Position numbers and translations under genes: made by a program. Shown in pieces: positions 29,655-39,933 of a stretch of 64,000 bases of DNA (its first letter is position 1; every line of letters starts with the position of its first letter). The DNA comes from Flavobacteriaceae bacterium (GTDB taxonomy: Bacteria; Bacteroidota; Bacteroidia; Flavobacteriales; Flavobacteriaceae). Where the stretch lies: contig JAWKMN010000002.1 of the NCBI GenBank assembly GCA_041392165.1, positions 421,897 to 485,896 of the forward strand. Direction: 5' to 3'. The notes below the pieces were generated by a model. That model saw only the letters and a list, made by a program, of their open reading frames with translations. It had not been told where the DNA came from and made no database searches.

Positions 29655-30383
29655 ATGAACTTGATTGTAGACATGGGGAACACCCTCGTAAAAATGGCAG
29701 TTTTCGATAATGGTAAAATTATTTCCTATCGAAAAATACCCAATGCGGATTTTGCAAAAAACGTGAAATCTATTTTTAGCGAGTACGTACTTATTCAAAA
29801 TGCCATTGTTTCCAACGTAGGGGGAATGAACCATGAAGAAATAGCCGTGTTGTGCGTCTTCTGTAAGGTCCATGTGCTTAGTCATGCTTCCAAAATCCCC
29901 TTCAAGAATTCCTATGCTACCCCCCAAACCTTGGGTGTAGACCGTATAGCCCTGGCAACAGCGGCCTTTTATCATAACCCCAAGGGGAATACCCTGGTCA
30001 TAGATGCGGGCACCTGTGTTACCTATGATGCCGTTAATGATTATGGGGAATATTTGGGCGGGGCCATTTCACCGGGAATTGCCATGAGGTACAAGGCCTT
30101 GCACCAACAAACCTCCAAATTGCCATTGTTGGAAAAAAAGGGCATAATGGACTTTATTGGAAACACAACGGAAACTAGTATGCACAGTGGGGTTGTAAAC
30201 GGTATTTGCAATGAAATAGACGGGACAATTGATCAATATAGAAGCAGATTTGTGGATTTAACAGTTATTTTAACAGGAGGGGATGCTCAATTTTTGTCAA
30301 AACGATTAAAAAATACCATATTTGCGCATTCTAAATTTCTCCTGTTGGGGTTATATCATTTGTTAGAATACAACAAGCGCTAG
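29655..30383 (+). CDS. coaX: Type III pantothenate kinase
   Basis: 242 aa. N-terminal MNLIVDMGNTLVKMAVF (DxGNT), then GVDR and TGGDA motifs typical of CoaX. Confidence 0.85.
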   Translation: MNLIVDMGNTLVKMAVFDNGKIISYRKIPNADFAKNVKSIFSEYVLIQNAIVSNVGGMNHEEIAVLCVFCKVHVLSHASKIPFKNSYATPQTLGVDRIALATAAFYHNPKGNTLVIDAGTCVTYDAVNDYGEYLGGAISPGIAMRYKALHQQTSKLPLLEKKGIMDFIGNTTETSMHSGVVNGICNEIDGTIDQYRSRFVDLTVILTGGDAQFLSKRLKNTIFAHSKFLLLGLYHLLEYNKR

Positions 30384-31646
30384 ATGATCAGAAATTTTAT
30401 AATGGCAATATTGTGCCTAGGTTGGGTAAGCACATATGCACAGAATAGCACTGCTTCCCCATATTCCTATTTTGGTGTTGGGGATTTAAGGGTTGCCAGC
30501 ACGGTGGAAAATCAAATGATGGGTGGGTTGAGTGTGTATACGGACAGTATCCACATCAATCTTAATAATCCAGCGGCCTATAGCAAGTTGGAGTATACCA
30601 CCTACACCGCTGGACTATCCCGTAAAGAATACAGGTTTGAAAGTAATGTTTCCAAGGAAAGTTCTTCCATTTCAAATTTGGATTATTTATCCTTGGGGGT
30701 CAACTTGGGCAAAGGTCTTGGTATGGGCTTCGGAATTATGCCCTATTCTTCCATAGGGTACAATTTTCAATCCGAAAGAACCACTGCCCAAGGAGTGGTG
30801 TCGGAATCGTTTAATGGGGAAGGAGGATTGAACAGGGTCTATGTCTCCGTTGGCTACCAGCTTTTTAAAAACCTTAGTTTAGGGGTTACCGGTAATTTTA
30901 ATTTCGGAAACCAGAATACCAATAGTTATCAGACCATTGAAGATGTACAGTTGGGTTCTTTCAATAGGATAGAGTCCAGAATTAAAGGTTTCGATTTTAA
31001 TTTTGGAGCCAGTTTTACACCATCCATTACTGATAAGCACACTCTTTTTACCAGCATTGTTGTCAATACCCAGGCCAATTTGGTTTCTGAAAATACCAGG
31101 ACCATAGGGTCCTTTTCCACCAGTAATGGGAGGGATGTTGAGGTAACGGAAGTGGACTTGGAGGCACAGGGCCTGGCACGTACAGGGGTGCAGATCCCTA
31201 CTACCGCTACATTGGGAGTAGGGTACGGACAGGATAGGAAATGGTTTTTAGGGGCAGAGTACAGTTTCCAGGAATTGAGTGGTTTTGAGAACGAACTTAC
31301 CCCGGCAAGCAATTTGGAATACAAAAATGCACAGACCTATAGGCTTGGGGGCTATTATATTCCGGATTATACTTCCTTTACAAGTTATTTGAAAAGGGTT
31401 ACCTATAGGGCCGGGGCCAAGGTTTCCAAATCAGGGATAGTGGTAGATAATAAGGAGATTAATGATTTTGGCATAACTTTTGGTTTAGGTTTACCACTAG
31501 GTCGTAATCTTTCAAATATTAACCTCGGCTTTGAGCTTGGAAAAAGAGGAACCAAATACGGGGATTTAGTAGAGGAAAGTTATTTCAAAGTTAATGTGGG
31601 TCTCTCTTTGAACGATAAATGGTTCATACCGAGAAAAATTAATTAA
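30384..31646 (+). CDS. Predicted outer-membrane beta-barrel protein, uncharacterised
   Basis: Signal MIRNFIMAILCLGWVSTYAQ. Alternating beta-strand pattern rich in G/Y/N/S. It begins immediately after the coaX stop. Confidence 0.55.
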   Translation: MIRNFIMAILCLGWVSTYAQNSTASPYSYFGVGDLRVASTVENQMMGGLSVYTDSIHINLNNPAAYSKLEYTTYTAGLSRKEYRFESNVSKESSSISNLDYLSLGVNLGKGLGMGFGIMPYSSIGYNFQSERTTAQGVVSESFNGEGGLNRVYVSVGYQLFKNLSLGVTGNFNFGNQNTNSYQTIEDVQLGSFNRIESRIKGFDFNFGASFTPSITDKHTLFTSIVVNTQANLVSENTRTIGSFSTSNGRDVEVTEVDLEAQGLARTGVQIPTTATLGVGYGQDRKWFLGAEYSFQELSGFENELTPASNLEYKNAQTYRLGGYYIPDYTSFTSYLKRVTYRAGAKVSKSGIVVDNKEINDFGITFGLGLPLGRNLSNINLGFELGKRGTKYGDLVEESYFKVNVGLSLNDKWFIPRKIN

Positions 31647-31684
31647 AAATTGTTACTTTAACCACCTTAAAAATAAACAGACAG

Positions 31685-33055
31685 ATGAAAAAGAAACTCT
31701 ACATCGCAGCGATAACCGCCATGGGATATATGGGTTTAGGGTATTCCCAAGCCCAAAACCCGGAGTGTATGACCAATCTTTCCATTTACACCGAGCATGT
31801 GAAAGTGAAGAATTATGAGGCTGCTTATACGCCATGGAAAATGGTTTATGATAATTGCCCTACATTAAATTGGGCCAATATATTGTATGGTGAGCGGATT
31901 TTAAAGGATAGGATCGAGAAATCTACCGGGGCGGACAAAACGGCCAATATCAATGCCTTGATTGAATTATATGACAATAGGGCGAAGCACTTTCCTGCCA
32001 AGACAGACGTTGCCGAGACTATAATAGATAAGGTGTTGTTGAAATATGATGAGAAAATGATTGCAGACGAAGAAATCTACACTCAGCTGGACAAGGCCTT
32101 TACGGAGGATAGGGCAAATTTCAAAAACCCTAAGGCGTTGTACTTATATTTCTCCAGCTTGGTAGATTTAAACAGTGCCGGTAAAAGGGATCTTGAAGAA
32201 GTATTTGAAAAATACGACAACATTACTGAAAAAATTGATGAAGAAAACGATAAGCTTACAGAGGTGATCACCAAACTTCTTCCTAAGGAAGATGCGGGTA
32301 CTTTGACCTCCAAAGAAAAAAAACAATTGAGTTCTTATAATAGTTATTCCGAAAGCTATGGTAAAATAGCCGAAAGTATAGACAGTAAATTAGGAGCTTT
32401 GGCGAATTGCGAAAACTTGATTCCTTTATACGAAAAGAATTTTGAATCTAAAAAAGGGGATATTACCTGGATAAAGAGAGCGGTTGGAAGAATGTATAGC
32501 AAGGAATGTACTGAAGATCCCATGTTCAAGAAACTATTTGAGGTGCAATTGGCCATGGAGCCTTCTGCCAATGCTTATATGTATGCCGGTACCCTTAAGA
32601 ACAATGCCGGGGATACCAATGGTGCCCTTGCGGATTTCAACAAGGCCTTGGAGTTGGAGACAGATTCCAGAAAAAAATCCAACATCGCCTACAAGATTGC
32701 CCATAGCTATGTAAAGAAAAGCAAATCTACTGCCAGAAGTTATGCGCAAAAAGCTATAGATGCCAATCCTTCCAATGGTAAGGCCTATTTGTTGATTGCC
32801 AGTTTATATGCAGGTAGCGCCAACGAATGTGGTAGCACTCCTTTCGAGAAAAGGGCTGTTTATTGGAAGGCAGCGGATTTGGCCAGACAGGCAGGTCGTG
32901 TGGATCCTGCTTTAAGTGGCAGGGCAGGGCAGGCAACTGCTAGTTACTCGGCCAAGGCCCCGTCCAAAACAGATATATTTAATTCTGGTATGGCCGGTAA
33001 AACAGTAAGTTTCTCTTGTTGGGTAGGGGGTAGTGTAAAAGTGCCCAACCTATAG
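31685..33055 (+). CDS. Secreted tetratricopeptide-repeat protein
   Basis: Signal peptide followed by a helical repeat-rich sequence. TPR-like segments occur near the C-terminus (GALADFNKALELETD, AQKAIDANPSNGKAYLLIASLYA). Confidence 0.65.
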   Translation: MKKKLYIAAITAMGYMGLGYSQAQNPECMTNLSIYTEHVKVKNYEAAYTPWKMVYDNCPTLNWANILYGERILKDRIEKSTGADKTANINALIELYDNRAKHFPAKTDVAETIIDKVLLKYDEKMIADEEIYTQLDKAFTEDRANFKNPKALYLYFSSLVDLNSAGKRDLEEVFEKYDNITEKIDEENDKLTEVITKLLPKEDAGTLTSKEKKQLSSYNSYSESYGKIAESIDSKLGALANCENLIPLYEKNFESKKGDITWIKRAVGRMYSKECTEDPMFKKLFEVQLAMEPSANAYMYAGTLKNNAGDTNGALADFNKALELETDSRKKSNIAYKIAHSYVKKSKSTARSYAQKAIDANPSNGKAYLLIASLYAGSANECGSTPFEKRAVYWKAADLARQAGRVDPALSGRAGQATASYSAKAPSKTDIFNSGMAGKTVSFSCWVGGSVKVPNL

Positions 33056-33056
33056 G

Positions 33057-33665
33057 ATGAAAAAAAAAGGTTTATATAGATTAAGGAGCATTGCCATAGT
33101 TTTTTCTATGGCAATGTTTTTTTGTTCCTGTGCGGATAATTATAAAAGAGTGGGGGACGAGGCAATAAAAAAAATATTTCCTGGTGCCATAGCGGAGGAT
33201 TTTACCTTAACCTATACCGAAACCGATGAGCTTGAAGGAAATGAGGGTGTAGTCTCGTCCCGTATCATTGCCGTGCTAAAAGGTCCAATTTGTGATGATT
33301 ACAATAACTTGGCCTTTCCTTATTATGTTTTTCCTGATGGACTCATGTTGGAGTTTTTTGATGAAAATAGAAAAAAGAGTACGGTAACCGCAGATTACGG
33401 AATTATGTATTCCAGTACTAATTTAATAGATTTGCAAGGTAATGTGGTTATTAAATCCAGTGATGGTAAAAAGTTGGAGGCACCGCAGTTATATTGGGAT
33501 AGAACCAATGATTGGGTTTTTACCCAACAGAAATTTAAATATACCAACCCGGAGGAAGGAACCATAATGGATGGTGAGGGGATGGACTTTAATAGGGATT
33601 TTAGTTTTTTCAATGCTAATAAGACCTATGGCTATATGAGTATAAAAGAGAAGAAAAATGATTAA
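33057..33665 (+). CDS. lptC: LptC-like LPS export periplasmic protein
   Basis: 202 aa with an N-terminal anchor/lipobox (FFCSC). The beta-jellyroll-like pattern ADYGIMY...IDLQGNVVIKSSDGKKLEAPQLYWDR...GEGMDFN resembles Bacteroidota LptC. Assignment is by pattern and context only. Confidence 0.55.
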   Translation: MKKKGLYRLRSIAIVFSMAMFFCSCADNYKRVGDEAIKKIFPGAIAEDFTLTYTETDELEGNEGVVSSRIIAVLKGPICDDYNNLAFPYYVFPDGLMLEFFDENRKKSTVTADYGIMYSSTNLIDLQGNVVIKSSDGKKLEAPQLYWDRTNDWVFTQQKFKYTNPEEGTIMDGEGMDFNRDFSFFNANKTYGYMSIKEKKND

Positions 33666-33861
33666 AATATTAAGATATACGGAATACCTTTATTTGGCCG
33701 TGGCCGTGGTATCCGCATTTGAAATTTACGAACAGTGGAACATAGATAGGCAACGGGCCTATTTATTTGTTTTCTTTGGAATTATTTCCATAGGGATGTT
33801 CATTTTTAAAAAAACCTATAGGAAAAGGTTCGAAGAACGTCAAAAAAACAATAAACAATAA
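33658..33861 (+). CDS. Small membrane protein (67 aa)
   Basis: Two predicted TM helices. It overlaps the lptC stop by 8 nt and ends 2 nt before the next gene. Confidence 0.45.
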   Translation: MIKILRYTEYLYLAVAVVSAFEIYEQWNIDRQRAYLFVFFGIISIGMFIFKKTYRKRFEERQKNNKQ

Positions 33862-33863
33862 TC

Positions 33864-35156
33864 TTGGAGGCGGGTATTGTCATTATCATTATTATTTCCC
33901 TGCTGTTTTCGGCTTTTTTTTCAGGAATGGAAATAGCATTTGTTTCCGCGAACAAAATTCACATAGAAATTGAAAAAAAGCAGGAAGGCTTTATGCCCAA
34001 GGTGCTTGCCCGTCTTACCAAAAAGCCTTCAAAGTTCATTGCTACCATGCTAATTGGAAACAATATAGCCTTGGTGGTCTACGGATTTTTTATGGGTGAT
34101 CTTCTTATGGGCTTGTTTGCGGGAATTGAGTCGGTTCCCGGTAGTTTTTTAAGTCTAATGCTTACCGATTTTAGCCTAGTGACCCAAACAATTATTTCCA
34201 CTTTGATTATTCTTTTGACCGCGGAGTTCCTGCCCAAGGTGTTATTTCAGATCTATAGCAATAATATGTTAAGGTTATTGGCCGTTCCGGCCTATATTTT
34301 TTACCTATTATTTTCTGTTATATCGGATTTTGTTATTTGGGTTTCCGATATAATTCTGAAGACGTTCTTTAAGACCAACGGGGATGAGGCACAACTGGCC
34401 TTTAGTAAAATAGAGTTGGGGGATTATATTACCGAACAGATGGAGGCCATAGAGAAGGAAGATGAAGTGGATTCGGAGATACAGATATTTCAGAATGCCT
34501 TGGAGTTTTCCGGGGTAAAGGCCAGGGAAGTAATGGTGCCGAGAACTGAGATTGCGGCAGTTGAACTTCATGAGACCCCCAAAAATCTGGCAAAGCTTTT
34601 TACGGAAACAGGTTATTCCAAAATATTGGTGTTCAAGAATACCATAGACAATATAATTGGTTATGTGCATTCCTACGAACTTTTTAAGAAACCCAAAACC
34701 ATAAAAAGTATTCTTCTGCCCGTAGAGTTTGTTCCGGAAACGATGCTTATCAACGATATTCTTAATATATTGACCAAGAAAAGGAAGAGTATCGCCGTTG
34801 TTTTGGATGAGTATGGGGGTACCTCAGGGGTAATGACTGTAGAGGATATTGTGGAGGTACTGTTTGGGGATATAGAGGATGAACATGATACCACCGACCT
34901 GTATGAGGACCAGATAAACCAAAACTCATTTAAGTTTTCAGGGAGATTGGAAGTGGATTATATTAATGAGCAATATAAATTGGAGCTTCCCGAAAGTGAT
35001 GAGTACGAAACTTTGGGAGGTCTTATCATTAATGAAACAGGAGAGATTCCTGAAAAGAATTCGGAGATCAGGATCGGTAATTTCCATTTTGTGGTATTGG
35101 AAGTTTCCGGTAATAAAATAGACATGGTATCTTTGGTAGTGCTTGACGATGAATAG
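33864..35156 (+). CDS. CNNM/hemolysin-family protein (DUF21 - CBS pair - CorC/HlyC domain; GldE/TlyC-like)
   Basis: TTG start. N-terminal 4-TM DUF21 domain (FFSGMEIAFVS), a CBS region (REVMVPRTEI) and a C-terminal transporter-associated domain. Confidence 0.8.
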   Translation: MEAGIVIIIIISLLFSAFFSGMEIAFVSANKIHIEIEKKQEGFMPKVLARLTKKPSKFIATMLIGNNIALVVYGFFMGDLLMGLFAGIESVPGSFLSLMLTDFSLVTQTIISTLIILLTAEFLPKVLFQIYSNNMLRLLAVPAYIFYLLFSVISDFVIWVSDIILKTFFKTNGDEAQLAFSKIELGDYITEQMEAIEKEDEVDSEIQIFQNALEFSGVKAREVMVPRTEIAAVELHETPKNLAKLFTETGYSKILVFKNTIDNIIGYVHSYELFKKPKTIKSILLPVEFVPETMLINDILNILTKKRKSIAVVLDEYGGTSGVMTVEDIVEVLFGDIEDEHDTTDLYEDQINQNSFKFSGRLEVDYINEQYKLELPESDEYETLGGLIINETGEIPEKNSEIRIGNFHFVVLEVSGNKIDMVSLVVLDDE

Positions 35157-35250
35157 GCATTTGAGGGATTTTTTTAGTTTTTATTATTTCAAAAGAAAGT
35201 AGTAATTTCGCCTCCCGATAGTAACGGGATAAATTTAAATAGTTTACATA

Positions 35251-37368
35251 ATGGCAATTTTAGAGAACATAAGGAAACGAACTACCGTTTTAATTTTGAT
35301 CATTGGTCTGGCTTTGTTCGCATTCGTAATTTCAGGAGTGTTCAGCAGTGATGAATTGGGTGGCGGAAAGGTTGGTTCTTCCGTAGCGGAGATCAATGGG
35401 GATGAAATCTCCATAGATCAATTTAGAAGGAACGTGGAGGCATATTCTAGAATGGCCGGACCTACCGCTTCTTCCATGCAATTGGTAAATCAGGTATGGG
35501 ATAGGGAAGTAAGAAATATCATACTTGCCCAACAATTTGAGAAGTTGGGGATCAATATAGAACAGGATCAGATATTAAACTATATCAAGACTATTCCCAA
35601 CTATGTCCAAAATCCTGAATTTCACAATGCCAGCGGTGTTTTCGATGAAAATAAGTTTAGGGAAGCCGTGGCCGATTGGAAAGCAAACAATCCAGGTCGT
35701 TACGCTTTGTGGTTGCAGGATGAACAGGCCATTATTCAGAATGCAAAGGAGCAGACGTATTTTAACCTAATAAAGGCAGGTGTTGGCTCAACCCTTAAGG
35801 AAGGGGAATTGGAGTACAAGTTGGCCAATGATAAAGTGGATATTAAGTACGTGCGCGTACCTTTTTCCTCCATTCCGGACTCGTCCATAGCGGTTACGAA
35901 GAAAGAGATGGAAGCATACATCAATGATCACAGGAAGGAGTATAAACAGGATAGGGCCAGGGATGTGGAATTTGTGTATTTTGAGGAAAAGGCATCTTTG
36001 GAGGATGAGAATGCCGTAAAGGAAGAAATTGCCCAACTTTTGGAGGATCGGGTAGAGTACAATGCCCAAAAGGACGCAAACGATACTATTAGGGGCTTTA
36101 GGAATACCATGGATATGATGGCCTTTTTGGACAGAAATTCGGATTTAAAATACGACACAATCTACAAGGCAAAGAAAGATTTACCGGCTAAATTTGCGGA
36201 TACGCTTATGTCCTTGGAAAAGGGAAGTATTTTTGGAACCTATAAAGACGGGGATTATTTTAAGGTATCCAAAATGATGGATAGAAAGGCCAATGGTACC
36301 GTAAAATCCAGTCATATCCTAATTTCTTATGAAGGGGCCCAGCGCGCCAATCCAGAGGTTACCAGAACTAAGGAGGAAGCGGAGAAAAAGGCTAAGGAAC
36401 TGTTGGTGGAGGCAAAGCGGTCCGGGACTGTTTTTGCCGAGTTGGCGCGGGATAATTCGGATGGACCTTCAGCTCCTCAGGGAGGTGACCTGGGGTACAA
36501 CCAAGAAGGGGTAATGGTAGCGCCATTCAACGACTTCACATTTGGTAACCCTGTTGGGGCCATAGGTTTGGTGGAGACCGATTTTGGATTCCACATTGTT
36601 AAGATAGATGATAAACAGGATATAGTCAGGATTGCCACTTTGGCCAGGGAAATAGAGCCTTCGGAAGAAACTATAAATACCTTGTTCACCGAGGCGACCA
36701 AATTTGAAATGGAAACTACCTCTGATAAAGATTTTGCGGTAGCTGCCAAAGAAAGTAATTTTGTGGTTAGGCCGGTAAATAAGATTAAGGAAATGGATGA
36801 AAACCTACCAGGTCTTTCTGCCCAACGTGCCATTGTTCAATGGGCTTTTAACGAAGACACCAAATTGGGCGAGGTTAAAAGGTTCAATATAAATAACGGA
36901 TATGCCGTTGTGAGATTGACTGGGAAGTATGCAGAGGGACTTATGAGTGTGGAAGACGCATCTGCTTTGGTACTTCCAAAATTGAGGAAGGAAAAAAAGG
37001 CGGCACAGATCATGGATGCCAATAAAGGTAAGACAATGGATGATTTCGCCAAGGATAATAATGTTACGGCTTCCACGGCTTCTGCCTTGACCATGAAATC
37101 CCCTATTGTTCCAGGTGCAGGATCCGAGCCTTTTGTAGTGGGTACCGCCTTTGCCATGGAGCAAGGGGCTAGCTCCGGTCTAATTAAGGGAGATAGTGGT
37201 ATATATATGCTAACGGTCACCAAAAAGGAAGAAGCTGCCAAATTGGATAATTACAGTACCTATGCCAATAATTTACAGGCGAGTACTGCAGGTAGGGTAA
37301 ACTTCACCGTTTACAATGCTTTAAAAGAATCTTCTACTATAGAGGACAAAAGAGCAACATTTTACTAG
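35251..37368 (+). CDS. PpiD/SurA-like periplasmic peptidyl-prolyl isomerase chaperone
   Basis: 705 aa with an N-terminal anchor. The parvulin core is SSHILISYEGA...GGDLGYNQEGVMVAPFNDFTF...VETDFGFHIVKI. Confidence 0.8.
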   Translation: MAILENIRKRTTVLILIIGLALFAFVISGVFSSDELGGGKVGSSVAEINGDEISIDQFRRNVEAYSRMAGPTASSMQLVNQVWDREVRNIILAQQFEKLGINIEQDQILNYIKTIPNYVQNPEFHNASGVFDENKFREAVADWKANNPGRYALWLQDEQAIIQNAKEQTYFNLIKAGVGSTLKEGELEYKLANDKVDIKYVRVPFSSIPDSSIAVTKKEMEAYINDHRKEYKQDRARDVEFVYFEEKASLEDENAVKEEIAQLLEDRVEYNAQKDANDTIRGFRNTMDMMAFLDRNSDLKYDTIYKAKKDLPAKFADTLMSLEKGSIFGTYKDGDYFKVSKMMDRKANGTVKSSHILISYEGAQRANPEVTRTKEEAEKKAKELLVEAKRSGTVFAELARDNSDGPSAPQGGDLGYNQEGVMVAPFNDFTFGNPVGAIGLVETDFGFHIVKIDDKQDIVRIATLAREIEPSEETINTLFTEATKFEMETTSDKDFAVAAKESNFVVRPVNKIKEMDENLPGLSAQRAIVQWAFNEDTKLGEVKRFNINNGYAVVRLTGKYAEGLMSVEDASALVLPKLRKEKKAAQIMDANKGKTMDDFAKDNNVTASTASALTMKSPIVPGAGSEPFVVGTAFAMEQGASSGLIKGDSGIYMLTVTKKEEAAKLDNYSTYANNLQASTAGRVNFTVYNALKESSTIEDKRATFY

Positions 37369-37390
37369 TAGATTATAAGTTTTTATTAAA

Positions 37391-37429
37391 CAATGAAGCC
37401 TCCCAAATGGGGAGGCTTCATTGTTTTTG
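37391..37429. terminator. Strong intrinsic terminator between convergent genes
   Basis: 14-bp GC-containing stem caatgaagcctccc / gggaggcttcattg, a 5-nt loop, then TTTTTG. Confidence 0.75.
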
Positions 37430-37486
37430 TTGATTCGGTGGCCACTCCCAATAAGTAATCTTGTTATTTTGAGTTTTAAGGCTACT

Positions 37487-38404
37487 TTACCATTCTGGAA
37501 TAGGGTATAACGGTGTCATACCCCTTCTTTCCAAAGTAGTCCGGAGTGTTTTTGTTGCCTGTTGCCAATATAAAATCTCCCCCCAGGCCCCCAGACTTTT
37601 TATTGCCCCCTTGTAATCTGGAAATAACCGTTCTTTAACCGTGGGCATTCCCAAGATTTCGCTTATAATGGCCTCATGTTTTTTAATAAGCTTGTCAAAT
37701 TGTGGGAGGCGGGTACAGGTCAGTATTCGTTGGGTAATACTATTAATTTGGGATATAGCGGAAAAACTGTTGAATTCTTTGTCGCGATACTGGGCAATAC
37801 CTTCCCTACTGTTCTGTTTTTGGTTTAAATACACAAAATATAGGTCGTTTTTAAAGGTAGGGTTAAAGGCTGCCAACTGTATCATAGGATTGTTATTCTT
37901 CAATTGGTAGATAATAGGCGAATTGCTTTGGGCGCAGGCAATGTCGTACCCACTGCCCGAAAAGGAATTCCATAGTAGGGCGTAAGCATCTATTTGGGCC
38001 CATTGGGCAATGTTGTTGATCAGGGTAGATGAAGATCCCAGGCCCCATTCCCTTGGGAAGTTCAGTGCCGTTGTAATTTCATACCCCTGGGCAGCGGTCA
38101 AAAAACTAGGGTTCAGCTTTTGTGCTTCCAAAAGAATTTTTTTTAAGGTTGAGGAAATGGCCATCGTTTCCTCGGAAATGGAATTATTGGAAACTTGGTC
38201 CAACTTCTCCAATTCATAGCTATTTTCAAACCAGAGCTTTCCTTTCTCGTCCAAGCTTTTCCATGTCAGCAAACTGTCCCGGGTCTCTTTTATAGATAAC
38301 GATTGTCCAAAAAGGGTGGGTACCGCTAAACTTTGGGCACCATCCAAAACTAGATATTCCCCGGTAATCAATAGTTTTCCGTTACTGTAATATTGTTTTG
38401 TCAT
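37487..38404 (-). CDS. GHMP-family kinase of the GYDIA type (mevalonate-pathway associated)
   Basis: 305 aa containing the literal GYDIA motif (SGSGYDIACAQ) and a GHMP Gly-rich motif (PREWGLGSSSTL). Its ATG overlaps the HMG-CoA reductase stop by 4 nt. Confidence 0.75.
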   Translation of the reverse strand: MTKQYYSNGKLLITGEYLVLDGAQSLAVPTLFGQSLSIKETRDSLLTWKSLDEKGKLWFENSYELEKLDQVSNNSISEETMAISSTLKKILLEAQKLNPSFLTAAQGYEITTALNFPREWGLGSSSTLINNIAQWAQIDAYALLWNSFSGSGYDIACAQSNSPIIYQLKNNNPMIQLAAFNPTFKNDLYFVYLNQKQNSREGIAQYRDKEFNSFSAISQINSITQRILTCTRLPQFDKLIKKHEAIISEILGMPTVKERLFPDYKGAIKSLGAWGEILYWQQATKTLRTTLERRGMTPLYPIPEW

Positions 38405-39723
38405 CCTTTATTTCTCAACGCTTCAAAGACTGCTACTACCGCACTATGGGTGGCCGTATGTTTCTTAAAGTAATCTATCAAGTTTAGTTTTTCGTCTTTG
38501 GTTGCGCCCAATTGGTTCAATATATTCAATAAATGCATTTTCATATGCCCTTGTTGTATCCCTGTGGTCACCAAAGAACGCACCGCGGCAAAATTTTGGG
38601 CCAGCCCGGCTACGGCAACAATTTGCATTAGTTCTTTTGCGGTCGGATTTTGTAATATTTCCAAAGCAAGCCTTACCATTGGATGCAAAGTAGTTAATCC
38701 ACCTACCGTGCCAAGGGCCAGGGGAATCTCTATCCAAAATTTGAATATCCCGTTTTCTATGTTGGCGTGCGTAAGACTGGTATAACGCCCGTCTTTTGAC
38801 GCGTAGGCATGGGCCCCTGCTTCTACGGCCCTAAAATCGTTTCCCGTAGCCAAAACTACCGCATCGATCCCATTCATGATTCCCTTGTTATGGGTAACTG
38901 CCCTATAGGGTTCCACTTTTGCAATATTAACGGCACGCACCATTTTTTTTGCAAATTCTTCGGCAGTAGTTCCGTGATGGCCCTTCAAATCGGAAACAGG
39001 GCAACTTACCTCGGCCCTTGCCACACAGTTGGGGATGTAATTGGAGAGAATACTCATGACTATCTCTATATCCTTCTCCCTATCCGTAAATGGAACATGT
39101 TGCCGGGCTTCTTCTTTTAGGCATTGGGCAAACCCTTCCAAACAGGAGTTTATGAAATTGGCGCCCATGGCATCCAAAGTTTCAAAAGTACAATGCAATT
39201 GGAAATAACCATCCATATCCAATGTTTTGTCCCTCAACTCAATATTCTTGATGCCCCCGCCCCGTTTTTCCATATTTTTAACAATGGGGGCAACACTGTT
39301 GACCAATTTGGGTTTTATAAGGGCAAAAAAAGTAGCAAGCCTTTCTAAATCGCCCTGATATATAAAATGTACCTGTCCCACTTTTTCCGTTCCCAGAACG
39401 CTGGTCTTAAAGCCGCCACGGGTCTGCCAAAATTTAGCTGCCTTACTTGCAGCAGCAATTACCGAGCTTTCTTCAATGGCCATTGGAATGGCATAAAGTT
39501 TGTCGTTTATGAGGAAATTGGGAGCAATTCCCAAGGGGACATAGAAGTTGGTAAAGGTGTTTTCAATGAATTCATCATGTAAATTCTGCAATTTTTCATC
39601 CTCGTTCCAGTACTGTTTTATAATGGTAATTGTTTCTTCGGGTTGTTGGGTAAAATGATGGGCAATCCAGTTAATTTTGTCCTCTTTGGACAGTTTGGAA
39701 AATCCTTCTATAGGTGTGGTCAT
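38401..39723 (-). CDS. Class II hydroxymethylglutaryl-CoA reductase
   Basis: 440 aa with class II HMGR motifs EESSVIAAAS, DAMGANFIN, ATGNDFRA, GTVGG. Confidence 0.9.
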   Translation of the reverse strand: MTTPIEGFSKLSKEDKINWIAHHFTQQPEETITIIKQYWNEDEKLQNLHDEFIENTFTNFYVPLGIAPNFLINDKLYAIPMAIEESSVIAAASKAAKFWQTRGGFKTSVLGTEKVGQVHFIYQGDLERLATFFALIKPKLVNSVAPIVKNMEKRGGGIKNIELRDKTLDMDGYFQLHCTFETLDAMGANFINSCLEGFAQCLKEEARQHVPFTDREKDIEIVMSILSNYIPNCVARAEVSCPVSDLKGHHGTTAEEFAKKMVRAVNIAKVEPYRAVTHNKGIMNGIDAVVLATGNDFRAVEAGAHAYASKDGRYTSLTHANIENGIFKFWIEIPLALGTVGGLTTLHPMVRLALEILQNPTAKELMQIVAVAGLAQNFAAVRSLVTTGIQQGHMKMHLLNILNQLGATKDEKLNLIDYFKKHTATHSAVVAVFEALRNKG

Positions 39724-39933
39724 TGGGCTTTGTATTTCTTGGCGTAAAGATAGTAATATGGTGACAAACCCTTGTACATCTTAAAATAGATTGAAAAATG
39801 TTATTTTTGTACTGTAAAGTCTCCTTTTTTGTGAAATTTTTAGTAATCTTGTGGATTTGAATATTATTTTGAAAATACTGAAATCCGTATAGGTATATTT
39901 TGGTAAAAATAGATCTAATTAAGCTTTGTATTT

